From Paraspadella gotoi (lineage: Eukaryota > Animalia > Chaetognatha), in NCBI GenBank assembly GCA_051294375.1, contig CM119267.1:24811783-24875782 (forward strand): a DNA stretch of 64,000 bases, read 5' to 3'. The translations under genes were made by a program, and so were the position numbers. Numbering within the stretch: position 1 is the first letter of the stretch; the number at the start of each line of letters is the position of its first letter. Below are positions 38,594-53,100 of the stretch, piece by piece. The notes beneath the pieces were generated by a model. The model had not been told where the DNA came from. It did not search any database and saw only the letters and a list, made by a program, of their open reading frames with translations.

Positions 38594-40434
38594 TCAGTCG
38601 TCGTCACTGTCATCGTCTTTACTTTCTCGCCACCCACTTTCGCCGCAGCCGCCGCCACCGCCACCCGCGCTTAACACTCCGTGCTCGACGAGATAACTCT
38701 CCAAATCGCCAGCGCAGATTTCGTCGCCGATTTCGTCTTGAAGCCGGACGAAGTTCCCGATCACTTCCCCGCCTAAAATAAGAAATGTAATATTAATAAT
38801 TCTTTTTATCATTATTAAATAATAAAAATTAAAAGAGGCGACTGGGACGAATTCGCCTCCCGTATAGCTTGGTAAAACTCAACTCGTCCCATTGGCTTGG
38901 CCAGCTTAGTGCTCGAGTTCCGGGTTCAATCGCCTCACGGTCATGCTGGTTAAGTGTGATTGTGTAGGCATAAACACGCCAGTGACATGGGGTGGTCAGT
39001 GCAGTGGTCCTGCGCCAGCTGTCAGGAGATGCCTCACACAGACAGTCACTTTGGGCCTCAGTATGCTGTGTTGGGGGGGGGGCATGTGTGGCGAATCTTA
39101 AATTCACCTCATATATAGCTTGGTAAAACAACTCGTCCCATTGACTAAGTACTCGTTCACCAACCATGAGTTTCGGGTACAATCCCCTCACGGTCAGGCT
39201 GGTTAAGTGTGATAGTGTTGGTATAAACACACCAGTGACATGGGGTGGTCATTGGTCACTGTAGGTTCAGGGCCCTGATCGCCAGCTGTCAGGAGATGCC
39301 TCACTCCCCGGGCATTACACAATACACAGGTCTCCTCGTTGTCATTCGACCTTTATAAGCGACGACGGCGGGGACGGCCTCCATCTTAAACTTAAGACTT
39401 GCGCCGACGTCGGTCGCCTCCACGCGGCAGAACTTGACGACGGGAAAGTCGGCGGCGAGTTCGGAGAAAGCGGACTCGGTCGCGCGGCAGGCGGGGTGGG
39501 TAGAGTCTAGGTAAGGGGTGGACGATATAGGGTAAGGGATAGAGTAAGAAATAAAACTCGGGAATACGATAGATTGATAATTTCGACTATAGATTTGAAT
39601 CATGTATATTATATTATATATGTAATAATCTAATAATATAATACTTAATTATTGGGGGATTGAGGTCGGATATACGGTAGATTCGGTAGAAGGTTGAATA
39701 GGGGAGAGGGGCGTTGGTAGTCGTCGGGTGATTTAAAGATACAACGCAAAAAAGCTAAGTAAATAAATATATAAACATGGAAAACATGACATGTGTATTG
39801 TTATATAATATCAATAAATTCTCGAAAAATTTTTTTAAAAAAGTGCAATCGTGCTACCGGAAATAAGTACGACGACTACGACGTTCGCATCCTCCTCGTC
39901 GACAGCCTCGAGGAAAGTCTCTCTGTCGAGACGCTGGACTTTTCCGAACCGCTTTCCGGCGACGGCGGCGTCGGCGGCGAAAGCGGCAGCAATCTCCGCC
40001 ATTCGCTGGCGTCGATACGCCTCGAGAAAAGCAGAGTCGTCATCGTCGTCATCGGCGGCGAGTTTATCCTCGCGATCCTGACTCCAAGTCTTCGCCGTCA
40101 TGCATCTGACAAAAAATACTAATATTTATGAATACCGACGAAAGAGGAGCCGGAAAAACATAACATTAACAATAACAAATTGGACCCACTTGGCGGCCTG
40201 CGCGGATCTCTCCCTTTCCGCTCTCTCCCTCATATCCGCCTCCATCACTTTAAAACGGCGATAATCTTCGATGACGCCCTTTGGTCCGGTATTGTAGCGC
40301 CGCCCATCCACTTCCGGAGCCGTCTGACGCGGCTGCGGCGGCGGCCCTGCTTCGTCGTCCTCTCCTTCATCCTCGCTGCTGCTGCAGTAATTGTGAACTT
40401 TCTCTCCTAAAATCTTATCGTCCAAAGTGCACAT
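38594..40434 (-). CDS. PDCL: Phosducin-like protein (PhLP1)
   Basis: MCTLDDKILGEKVHNYCSSSEDE, NTGPKGVIEDYRRFK, FLEAYRRQRM, VKFCRV, YKGGEVIGNFVRL. Four exons: 40434-40190, 40105-39858, 39506-39351, 38772-38594. Confidence 0.93.
38834..39346 (+). mobile_element. Degenerate two-LTR element, family C, in a PDCL intron
   Basis: Two related direct repeats (about 38834-39040 and 39087-39346). The second starts TGTGGCG after a G-run and ends GTTGTCAT. Shares the TATAAACA..CCAGTGAC and GGTTCAATC blocks with family A. Confidence 0.6.
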
Positions 40435-40742
40435 TGTTTGTGAATTCGTCTCTTGTTTTAACTTTGAATTCACGACTTGAAAACGTTTCAAAGAATTTTA
40501 ATCATCAAAGGATTCGACTGCAAGAAAAAGTTCATTAGATTTTTTTTTCATTTAAATGAAAAATGGTAACTTTTGAGTGTTAGTGAGTAATACAACTTGC
40601 TTATAATTAACAACTTGACATATTAATCAACTTGATGAACGAAAAAAAATTATCATCGATCTAAAATAAACATTACACTCACACCAGATTAACAACGAGT
40701 GAAAGAGGAATGTGCAAGTTTGACAAGGAAACAATTCGCCCC

Positions 40743-43700
40743 TTATCGCCGCTTTCCCTGTCCCCAATCCCCGCTTCCCGCCGTCTCCTCTCCCTCGACG
40801 GAGAAGCGAAAGGCCTTTGAGTCGAACTGGGCCTCGTCGACGATCCACTCGGCCGCGACCAATGCCGACCGGAAGCGGGGGAAGGAAGCGTCGACCCGGA
40901 AACGGACTAGTTGAAGCTCGTCGGCGGCGGAGGCGGAAACGGAGGAAGCGACGATGGAGAGGCGATGGTCCATGTGGAGTCGAAGGACGACGGCGAAAAA
41001 CAAGGCCTCCAATTCGTCGTCGACTGAACAACCTCTTCGAAGAAGGACGTCGATGTTGGGAGATTTACGACTGAGGAGAACGAGAAGCAGCGAAAGGATA
41101 TGAGAAAAAGAGACTCATTCCTCATACAGTTGTTAGCCATAATAACTCACGTCCAATCGTTACCTCCAACAAACTATGTAATTCTTTCCTCGAAAAATGC
41201 GCAAGAGTGCTCCAAAGGCGGCGCCGTGTCCAGAGCGGCGCCACTGGTCGACGCCCACGCCGAACCGGATGTCGAAGGCGCTGTCGGTCGGATTACGCTG
41301 GACGAGCCAGACGGGCTCGGCCTCGTTCGCGGCCATGGGAGAAGGCACGCAGCCCTCGGTCTCGTAACGCGTCGCCACGTGGATAAAGCGCGTGAGATTG
41401 AAGGTCTTCATGACGACGGCGGACACCGCCTGATGGAAAGAGAAGCTGAATTAAAAGTGGCGACGAACTTGGACACATTTGGACAGTGGGGTTAGGCTAA
41501 TAGCCCAAGTTTGAGACCATATTCCGGAGAAGTAGTCATCGTAGACGCGACGACCTAATTTTTCTTATTCGAACACCATATTTATTCTTGTTTTGAAGTT
41601 TTCAGGAAATACTATCCGATCGGCTAGTTTTCTTATAAGCAGTAAACTGTCTGCATGGCTGTCTCAGTTATTGAACATTGAACAGCGATCATGAATAAAC
41701 GCCATTAATTATGCTGCTAAATTATAATTCAAAACATTGTACATAGTTTGAAGCCGACGAAAATATTCGGTCCCAGCTCGACGGCCGAGCAATTTCTGGG
41801 GCCACAGTTGACCTCTGCAATGAGGCCAAGCCCAAAAAGGGCCACAGAGGATGCTTTAAGGGGCAACAACTTAAGTCAGATAGGACTCGGGTTCTGATGA
41901 CGATTGAGTCCTTTGTCAGAGTTGGTCACTATTTTTCTTGGGTTTTTTTTATTAAGAATTTTCGCTGAAACCAATTTCAATAAACATAAATTAGCCCTAT
42001 TTCACGACGTCTGCACCTAATATAGCAGCATCGAAAGTTTTTCCAAAATAAATATTTTTTTAAATAAAAAAAATACCGAGAATTCCTAACCCACGTCATT
42101 TTAAGCCATAAGCTTTGACATTTGAATAAGTTTTTAAAACAGTAAATGGTAATGTGGTCATCAAAAACGCTAGCGCAGAAAGAAGGACATATCGATGTTG
42201 AGATCGCCTCATTTTCTGTACCACATCTGACAAAATTTCATTCTCTTGATCTTCCTTTGCAACAGCAGCATCCCGTATAGCAGGGCTTCGGCGGAGGGCG
42301 GGCAGCCGGGCACGTAGATGTCGACAGGCACGACGCGGTCACAGCCCCGAACTACCGCGTACGAGTAGTGATAATATCCTCCACCGTTGGCGCAGCTGCC
42401 CATTGAAAGCACCCATCGCGGTTCCGTCATTTGATCGTACACCTTAATATGTAAAGGTTGTTAGTGAACTAATGTCTAAAACTTGAAAATATTAAGGGGT
42501 ATTCTTGTAATTAAAAATCTTAAAAGTTTAGTGTTCTCGCCAGACTACCAAAGAAAATTAATGAAAAAATCTTAAATGCACAATAGACCTTGCCATATAT
42601 GAAAAGTTTTGAAATCAAAAAACGAGTATTGTGTAAAAGGTGCCCATACATTATATGAATTTTTTGAACATTTTTTTTCAAAAAATAATTTACAGTAAAT
42701 GCTGCCAACTTTGAAAAAAATGAAAAAAAATTGTAAAAAAAGGACTTTTTGCCAAATATCTTTAAAAGCTTTATTGCAAGAGGGACGAAACCCAAACTAT
42801 CTTGTAGAGCGGAAAAAATTGACTATGTTACATACCTTGCATTATAAATTAAGTGAATTTTTTACTAAGTAAAATGTTTTTTAAAACCTATTGTTTCGGG
42901 CAATTTTTGATAAAAATTTTTAAAAATGATATTTTTAACAAAGTTTGTGAAATATTTTGTAAAAAAAATTATGGCGAATTGATAAAGAAATAATTGCCTT
43001 TGAAAGAATTTTTAAAAAAGGATTATCGGTTAAAAAGTTATAATTTTTTTAAATTTAACAAAAATCACTTTCCTTAATAATTATTTTTATTTAATAGGTT
43101 TGAACTAGGCTAAAGGGAAAAAGGGAATGCACTTTTCTCAGAGTAAATAAAAAAATAGTAAATTCTGATTTGACAATGGGTAACTTTAATATTTTGTCTC
43201 ACCAGGTCATTAAAGTTTTTTTCAATTTTTATCATTTTATAATGGAATTATGACTTTTAAATAAGGTAGTTTTTAAAAAAATTTTTCTATATAAAGAAAA
43301 AGAAAAATTGACAAAAGCGATTAAATGATTAAAAATTGATAAAATGAGACAAAAAGACTAAAATTAATGAAAGTTAAATAACTGAGAAAAGAGTTGCTTG
43401 CTGCTTGCCAGTCGAGAAAAAAAGGTATAGTGCCAAAGAAAGAAAAATAGTTATTATATTTTTTTGTTATCTATTCATGATTTATAGTTAATAATTAAGT
43501 CTATTGTAAATAGTCAATTTAGTTTTGAAATAAATATAATTTTTAATTCATCTTTGATTTTTATTCATTTCATATCTTTTATATTTGATGAATTTATCAA
43601 CAAGTCGGATCTATTCTTAAATTAATCATGCAAGCTTAATATATTTTTCAAAGTCTTTTACAACCTTTGATTAAGCAATATATTTAACACAAATTATAAT

Positions 43701-46700
43701 TCAACTAGTTCTGGAGAACTCGCTTGACAAGGTAATTTATGAAAAAAATAGAATAACTAGTTTTCTTTCTTTGGCACTCTAGATGATGACTTTTTTTTCT
43801 CGATCGGTAAGCAGCAAGCAACTCTTCTCTCGTTGCTTAACTTTCATTAATTTTACTCTTTTTGTCTCATTGCACAATGATCCGGGAAAAAATCGAATGA
43901 TCGATGCGATGATAACGAATGATGATAAATGATTGATGCGATGATAATTAATGTTTATTGCGATGATAACGAATTATTGATTGATGTGATAACGATTGAT
44001 TGATGCGATGCTAACGAATAATTGATGCGATGCTAACGAATAATTGATGCGATGCTAACGAATAATTGATGCGATGCTAACGAATAATTGATGCGATGCT
44101 AACGAATAATTGATGCGATGCTAACGAATAATTGATGCGATGCTAACGAATAATTGATGCGATGCTAACGAATAATTGATGCGATGATAACGAATAATTG
44201 ATGCGATGATAACGAATAATTGATGCGATGATAACGAATAATTGATGGGAAAACGTATAAAAAATGCAATGAATGAATAAAACGAAATGAAATGTCGTGG
44301 TCCGTCGATCTTATTTACCTTTTGTAAAACTGTTTAAAAATATAAACAATCGATATTTGTTTACAAACAATACAGTTCATTGTTATTTCAATGCTTTGAT
44401 TAATCATGATTCTATTTCATACAGATCGCATTAATGTTAGTTGGCCATCGTCGGGGTTTTTATATATATAGTTATTGGTTTATGCGTTTCATGTTATTTG
44501 AATAGTGGCTAGGCCGAGCTTACCTGAGAGATCATTGCTGTTTCTATCGTTAACCGATGCTTACCTTTTGCTTACCTCCAGTTCTTGATTTCTAAAGACT
44601 CATTAAATCCTACGATATAGATACTCTCAGAAGGGTGAGCGACCGACGGAAAACCCCGCTCATCACTGGTGCATCGGCCGGGAAACGAACCCGGGCCGCC
44701 CGCGTGGCAGGCGAGCATTCTACCACTGAACCACCGATGAATTCATTGAATGAAATGAATTAAATGAAATGATTAGAATGAATTGAATAAATTTAATTAA
44801 AGAAATTGAATAAATAAATGCTTGAGAGATAAAAAGAGAAAAAGTGAGAGAACGAAGGGAAGAGAAAAAGCGCAATAAAAACCGGTTTTGCGATGGTATA
44901 ATGATAACATGCGCGACTCTGATGTTTAACTCAAAAGTTAAATCCGGACAATTTTTTTTAAAATAAACAAGAACGGTGATTCCAATGTGTTGCGCCGCAG
45001 AGACTTTATTTTCATGTGTATGACATGACATAACTAAAAAACTTTCTTATGACATGCACTGCATCAAAATTTCGTCTTTTATTCATTTTAGTTTTCCTGA
45101 AGACGGCGCTAACAGTCACTTAGATTTGAGGTTTTTTCCTGTCTTAATAAATAAACAATCAACTATAAGCAAATTATATGCATGCCATTTTGAATGGAAG
45201 TGGGACAGACTGACGGACATGTCGGACAGACATACCGACTGAAAGAGACTGACCGAAAAGTGACCTATTGAGTTGCTCCTCAAGTACTTGCGGCGCATCT
45301 AAAAACAAAGAGAGAGAAAGAGAGAGAGCTCCAGCAACTGCAGAGCTTAACTCGTTTTTGGACAAATCAGAGGCAACAGAAAAAAATCTTAAAAGCATAA
45401 GGATCGTCGCAATCGCATAAGAAAAATCTGGATTGACGACAAATTTTGATACTAAAAAAATCAAATTTGAAAAAAAATTAATTTACAAACAGAAAGAAAA
45501 AAAAAAAAGAATAATAAATATAAAACAGTAAAATAACTTATTTTCGAGTTTAATTTTTAGCAAGTGCTAAGTCTTGAGAAACATTATTGAAGGTACTTTT
45601 GTTTTACTTTTAACCCGCATAAGCGAGCAACCTCTCTAAACACTTAACATTCCCAGACAAAAGACAAAGTGAAACTTGAATCAGACTGATTAAGTGAAGA
45701 CTAAAATGAAGTAAAATGAAGTAAAGTAAAATAAAATAATAAAGAAAATATATATTAAAAAAAAATCTTAAAAGCATAAGGATCGTCGCAATCGCATAAG
45801 AAAAATCTGGATTGACAAAAAATTTTGATACTAAAAAAAATAAAATTTGAGAAAAAAAAATTAATTTATAAACAAAGACAAATTATATTTTGCGATTGTC
45901 AATTAAAAAAAAATAATAAAGTACTGAGGAAAATTAAATTACAATTTCTGAAAAAAAAAAGTTTTTTTTTGTTATTGTTAATTGTTATTGTCAAAAAATA
46001 AACTAATCAGCAGAAGCAACCCCTGAGAAAAAAACAAAAACAGACAATTTCTCAAAAACTATTGCATCCCACTAAGAGTTGTAAAGTTGGGCCGGAAACT
46101 GAAAAAGGATAATTTTTTTTTCAGCATTACAAAAAAATCTTAAAAGCATAAGGATCGTCGCAATTCCATAAGAAAAATCTGGATTGACGAAAAATTTTTA
46201 TACTAAAAAAAATCAAATTTGAGAAAAGAAAATTAATTTATAAACAAAGAAAAAGAAGAAAAGAATAAATATAAAGAAAGAATAGAAAGGAAAGAAAGAA
46301 TAGAAAGGAAAGAAAGAAAAGAAATGAAAGAAAGAAGAGAAAGAAAGGAAAGGAAAGAAAAAGAAAAAAAAAGAAAGGAAAGAAAGAAAAAGGAAAAAAA
46401 GAATAGAAAGTATAGAAAGAATAGAAAGAAAAAAAAATAGAAAACAAAGAAAGAATAGAAGGGAAAGAAAAAATAGAAAAGAAAAAAAATAGAAAGGAAA
46501 GAAAGAATAGAAAGGAAAGAAAGAATAGAAAGAAAAGAAAGAATAGAAAGGAAAGAAGGAATAAAAAGGAAAGAAGGAATAAAAAGGAAAGAAGGAATAA
46601 AAGGGAAAGAAGGAATAGAAAGGAGAGAAAGAATAGAAAAGAAAGAAAGAATAGAAAAGAAAGAAAGAATAAAGGAGAAAGAATAGACAAGAATAGAATA

Positions 46701-47128
46701 GGGAAAGAAAAGAAAGAAAGGAAAGAAAGAATAGAAAGAAAGAAAGAATAAATAAAGAGAAGAAGAATAGAAAAGGAAAGAAAGATAGAAAGGAAAGAAA
46801 GAATAGAAAGGAAAGAAAGAATAGAAAGGAAAGAAAGAAGATAGAAAGGAAAGAAAAAAATAGAAAAGAAAGAATAAAAGGAAAGAAAAAAGAATAAAAA
46901 GGAAAGAAAAATAAAAAGGAAAGAAAGAATAGAAAGGAAAGAAAGATTAGAAAGGAAAAAAGAATAGAAAGGAAAAAAAGAAAAATAAAAATAAAGAGAG
47001 AGTGACGAGAAGAAAGAACGAAATAAAAAACCGATTGTGCGATAGCAAAATGATAATATGGCACAAATGCGAAGCCTAATTTTACGAGTTCAATCCTCAT
47101 TCAATTTTTTGTTTTTAAATCAAAGCTC

Positions 47129-47169
<41 letters not shown>

Positions 47170-50100
47170 AGCCAAATCCTTTTTCGGACGAATCAGCAGC
47201 GGCAGAGGCACCCAGAAAAAAAGAAAGAAATCAAAAGCCAGCAGCAGAAGCAGCAGGAGAAAAGAGAGAAAAAGAATAAGCCCCTGCAGAGCCAGCTGCA
47301 GAGAAAGAAATCAAAAGGCAGCAGCAGAAGCAGCAGGAGAAAAGAGAGAAAAAGAATAAGCCCCTGCAGAGCCAGCTGCAGACTCGTTTTTTTCCCTGTG
47401 ATTAATCACTAATCACTGATCACTAATCACTGATTATGAATCAGTGATTAGGGAAAAGAGAGAGGGAGAGAGACATGTTATTAAAAGAGAAAAGAGAGAG
47501 AGAAAGAAATATGAAAATAAAAGAGAGAAAATTTCTTTGTTTTGATAAAACGTAAACAAAACATATTTAATAACTGTCCAGACTCAATTTTAAGCACATC
47601 GATGATGAGAAGCTGTATATAAATTTTCAGCTTCATACACCCAAATTTAATCATAAAAAAGGCGATCTATAATTTGGAACGCCGACGACAATGACGACGA
47701 CGACGCCACTTATGGGCAAAAGCGTTACAATATCGTCGCAAACGCTAAGCGATTGCGACGATAAAAATTCTAATCATTTTTATTAAAAAAAAAAAGAAAG
47801 AGAGAGAGAGAAGCCAAATCGTTTTCGGACGAATCAGTAGCGGCAGCAGCAGAGGCAACCAGAAAAAAAGAAAGAAATCAGAAGCAGCAGGAGAAAAGAG
47901 AGAAAAAGAATAAGCTCCTGCAGCGCTAGCTGCAGACTCGTTTTTTCCCTATGAATCAGTGACAGGGAAAAAGAGCAGAGGGAGAGAAGACATGTACATT
48001 AAAAGAGAAAAGGAAGAAGAAATTGTTTGTTTGATAAAACAAAAAAATATATTTCACTATTCTTGACGCCAATGCATGGAACGATTAATTTGAAATTTGT
48101 ATGTGGGTAAAAAAGTGTGTGATAAGCTGGAAATCAAGTTTCGATGGAATCGTTTTAAGTGGAAATGAGTTTAAATGGAACAAACAAAAAACCTGTTCTT
48201 TTTATTTCTATATTAAATGTAAATGCAAGATGTATTAATTAATCAAATAATTAATCAGTTTTTTAATCAATTAGTTAATTAATCCAAAATTAATTAATCA
48301 GTCAATTAATCAATTAATTATTAAATCAATTAATTATTTATCAATTAATTACTTATTTAATCAAACTCAAACTTGTTTCTGTCTAAACAAATGGGCAAGA
48401 AATTATAAGCAAATTACAAGCATTTTCAACGTCAGTGGGACCGACCAACGGAGTTGCTTGACTGTCTCCCGATCTCTTCTTCTTTTTCATTTTTATCTTC
48501 CCCTTATTTGTTCTCGTTTATTGTTGACATAAGTTATTTTTGCAACCATTCCTGCAATTATTTGTTTGCTCTGTTTTCTTTTCAGAAAAAAAAAAAAAAA
48601 CAAACAAAAAAAACATACCAACCGACTGACAGACCGACCGACCAAAAAATGAAAGTTTCTCCGCGAGTACTCGTGGCGCAACTAAAAAGCGTGACGACAA
48701 TGACGACAAAGTCCCTAAGAAGCAAACCTAAATCTCTCCCAAGACGGGCAGGGCGAGATAAAATTGACAAAGAACGGTCGACTCTTTAAAGACCGTGAAA
48801 ACTCTGATTTGCCTTTCTAAAAGCGGGCGCCATCTTGTTGGTCAGAGTCCCGGCGACGATCATGACGTCCACCTGACGAGGAGTGGCGCGAAACACAATC
48901 CCAAACCTGATGACATAGGCTAATTTTGAGAATTTAATCAATTTAAAATTTACCTTGGGGTGGTAATTTCTTAAAAATCAAAACATTTGACCTGTCCATG
49001 TCGTATCTGGGAGAGGCGAAGTGCATCATTTCCACGGCGCAACAAGCCAATCCGAAGGTCATAGGCCACAGGGAAGACTTTAAAAGGGGGAAACGGAAAA
49101 AATCTCCCCCAGTGAAATTAAAATAGAAATCCTACCCTCCCACCCCGCCTGTTCCGTGTTCATCCCACCTTCCTCGCCCAATTGAGCATATCATCCATCC
49201 TGGCCACGACGAACTGGGCCTTGTTGCTTTTAAAGTCTATCTGGCTGTGAGAGTAGGGCTTCCGCTCGATGGCCTTCTCCTTATTATCCTTATTATCTTT
49301 TTCCTTCCGCGAATCGACGTGGAAAGACTTGGAGACGGGGATCATCATCGTCGTCGTCGCGAAAGCGAGCGACGTTGGAGGCCGGGCGGCGGCCGAGTGG
49401 GGCAAACGTCGCTGGGTGAAGAAGAAAGGTCAATTCGAGATTATAAAATGTGAAATTTAACAAAAGCAACGTTTTTATGCATTTTTTTATGGACACCCAA
49501 TTAGTTATTAACGATTTTTTGGTCCTGGATTTAGCCATAATGACTAATTTCTATAGTAGGGTAGGCTGGTGATTTTATATTTTTATTAAGAAAAAATTTT
49601 TTCACGTGCTGTCATGTAGCAGACATCGTTAGCTTTCATATGATACCTCACATAATGCATTAAAATTATTTTATGATAGCATTATGACATAAAAAAAAAA
49701 TTGCGATAATTTTTTTCTGCCAGGCCTCGTAGACACAGCTAAATCTGATAATACAGTCTTTTAGCCCTATGTCAGTAGTTTTTAAATCAGGGGGAACAAA
49801 GTTTGAACTCCTAATTTATCATATTTAAATCATATGTTTTTTAAGGTTCCTACATGAATTTTTTAAATCTTTTTGTTTTTAACAAAATGATAATAATTTT
49901 ACTAAGTAATTATATAAACATTTGAGGTATAGAAAATTTTGTTTATATCAGAAACATAATTCAATCTTTTCTCTTTCAGAATCTATATCTATTTATTTTT
50001 TTAAATGTGGCCAAGAGTGTTTAATTTAATTTCAAAAGTTGGTTATACTTTGAACTAAGATTCCCGATCAGAGATTTTAAAAAAAACCTTTGAAATATTT

Positions 50101-53100
50101 TTAAAAATTATATGGAAAGATGCCCCATTATTATGGCTTTAATATGATACCAGTCTCATCGTTCTATCATACTGCATTTTTGGTTCTTCAAAAGATATCA
50201 AAGAAAATCAATTTTTTTTATTACGATTGACTCGGCCGAAGCCTAAAAATTTAAGTGGAAACAAACTAAACAACTTGCTTTCCAGGCAAATCGCGTCTAT
50301 GCGCGTCTACGTAGTCAATTTTAAAAACAGATTTGGAATCCTCAAACGCATATTTACTAGTAACCTGACGACATCAAGTGACAGAAGTTCGGTTCTCTTA
50401 TTATATCAAAAAGAAAAATAATTCTAATATTTTTAGTTAATATCTATCGATTTCAATGAAAAAAAAGGCACTAGATATATTGCATGTGATTGAACAATGT
50501 TTTTGCAATAATAATTTGATCAATTTTATGTATTTTGTAAGTATTTTAAGTATTTTTATTCAGGGAGTAAAAATAACTTTTTTATTCGTTAATTTTTATC
50601 TCGGTCTAATATTTTTAGTTAATATCTATCGATTTCAATGAAAAAAAGGCACTAGATATATTGCATGTGATTGAACAATGTTTTTGCAATAATAATTTGA
50701 TCAATTTTATGTATTTTGTAAGTATTTTAAGTATTTTTATTCAGGGAGTAAAATAACTTTTTTATTCGTTAATTTTTATCTCGGACGCTTAACGCCAGAC
50801 TTCCCTATCTATAGCCCAAATTAAATTGCAATTGACAACCGTAATCCATTAATATATAGGTTATAGACATTATCCAGCTCGAACGATATCCATTTAAGGA
50901 AATGATAAGGGTAGTTTATACACGGTTTAACAATAAATTTGTAGAAGACGGGAACTCTGGTATGTCGCCCTAATTTTCTAAATTTTGTAAAAGTTTACCT
51001 GTTGAACGAAGGAAGCTCCCATCGCAGCAGTTGGCACTTTCCTCGTGCAATTCATCAAAGCCATCAGTTTCACAGACATTTTTATCATCCCCAGTATTTC
51101 AACTGTGAATTTTTTTCAAGACAAATGCATTGATAAAAATTAAATAAACTAACAAACTATCTTCTAGAAAACAATATCTAAAAAACTTATTACCAATACC
51201 AAATTAATAACAATTTCTAAAAATTTGCAAAATTTAAAAAAAAAAATAATCTCTCATTCCTTCGTAGCGATCTCTGTACAAACGAATTTTTTTAATGAAA
51301 TTTACACGAAAGAAAAAAAAAAAATCAAAAAATTTAAAAAAAAAATAATCTCTCATTCCTTCGTAGCGATCTCTGTACAAACAAATTTTTATAATGAAAT
51401 TTACACGAAAGAAAAATAAAATAAAAATCATAAAAGCTTATCAGACGTCTATCCATTGTAACGCGAATTATGAAACGCTCAGAACTGAAGCAATTGTTTC
51501 CATTCGTTTTCCTCTCAATAAACAACTGAGTAACTATTTCCATCTCTCGCTCCTCTTTTTCTCCCCCGTTCGTTCCGCTCCATTAACTACGATCCTACGC
51601 TATGAATTGCATCGCGACTAAATCACTGTCTCCTCTCAAGCTTTCATCGCTATTACTACCTAACCTAAACACACACTCTCTCTCTCTCGCAAAATTTGAA
51701 ATTCAAATCGAACGTAACACTTAGTCAGCAGTTGCTTCCTCTTCTTTTCCCCAGATTTCCGAAATCTAATACGTAGATTTTGCTTTAGTCTTTTAGTCTT
51801 TTCAAACGAAGCCATAAGGAAAATATCGTTAGTACTAATGTTTACTAATTTTAATCAAACTCCCAAAGAAAGAGAATCATTCTTGCATTAATAAAAGGAG
51901 TTTCCCATCAAAATTTTCTAAATTATCTTCTCGCGTAAGTTTTAACTATGACGTTAAGTAAAAAGATTAAAGAGCAGACAGCAAAGATAGCGCCATAAAT
52001 TTTTCTTTCCTTCTTTTCCTAAAAAAATTCTCTTTCAATTCCATGTTTTTTTTCCTACCTTCAGGCTTTTGCCCGAGAATCAATCTCCCTAGCCTTGCCA
52101 CTTTTCTCTCATTCCAATCCCACCATACCTTTTTTCTGGCCTTACTCCCCCTCCACATTCCTCAAAATTTTCCCCCTTTCACTCCAACCTCTTCCCCCTT
52201 TCACCATAACCTCTTCCTCTTTTCACCCCAACCTCTTCCCCCTTTCACACCAACCTCTTCCCCCTTTCACACCAACCTCTTTCGGCTTAAAACCCAACCT
52301 TTTCCCCTTCCACCCCAAAATCCCTATTCTTTCCACCCTAACCTTAACCATCATCTCCTTTCACCCCAACATTTCTCCCTCATACCGACCTTGTAATTGC
52401 TGTAAATATGCAAGATGGTAAAGAGAAGAAAAAGTGTCCAGACGAGGGCGTGGCGTTCCTCGACGAGGGGAAGAAGCCAAAGGTTGACAACCAGCGCGGC
52501 CAAATTGGTCAACGTCTCTTGGCTGCCATCTTTGGCAGAGACGTCGGCCATGTTGTTGCACTTGGCCTTTAAGACAAAAAGATAAATAGAGAGATAAAAA
52601 AAAATAATTATAAAAAGGTATAAAAATAACACACCTGGTGTTGAGTGAGCGCTGCTCGAGTGGCGCCACCGGCCACGCCCACCACGGCCTTGGCGACGCC
52701 GGCAAAGCAGATCGTCGGAGTGAACCAATTGCGCGGGAAAAACTGGAACGAGTGAAGAGGGAGAGAGGGGAGGAAGGAGGGAGAGAGGGGATAAGGAGGA
52801 AGGAGGGGGAGGAAGGAGGGAGAGAAAGAAGGGGTAAGGGGAAGGTCAGCGCAGACTATGTAAGTATGCTAGTATTCTAGTATACTATGTACAGAAGACA
52901 ATGATAAATGGCACTAATGAATGAATGACAAAAACGTCTTTGCCTCTTCGTCCAAAGAGCAACGAAACAATGAGAATAAATTGGGTTATTACACTACACT
53001 GAACATTGCACAATTCACAACGATCATCAAACGAAGCTCAACCTGCGAGACGAGTTCTAAAAAGATGGCGCAGTCGTTAAGAACATCGGCGAAAAGACGC

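Noticed and set aside
40743-41560. Independent small gene between PDCL and NDUFS7
   Set aside because: The peptide is the C-terminal third of RUSF1 and joins the 52390 donor in frame.
43895-44250. Regular short repeats as a CRISPR array
   Set aside because: Head-to-tail 22-bp units with no unique spacers and no cas genes, in a eukaryotic intron.
46213-47100. 295-aa Phe/Leu/Ser-rich membrane-like ORF
   Set aside because: It is the translation of a purine-rich minisatellite.
51967-51996. MALSLLSAL as the NDUFS7 start exon
   Set aside because: In-frame stop follows and there is no convincing phase-0 donor.
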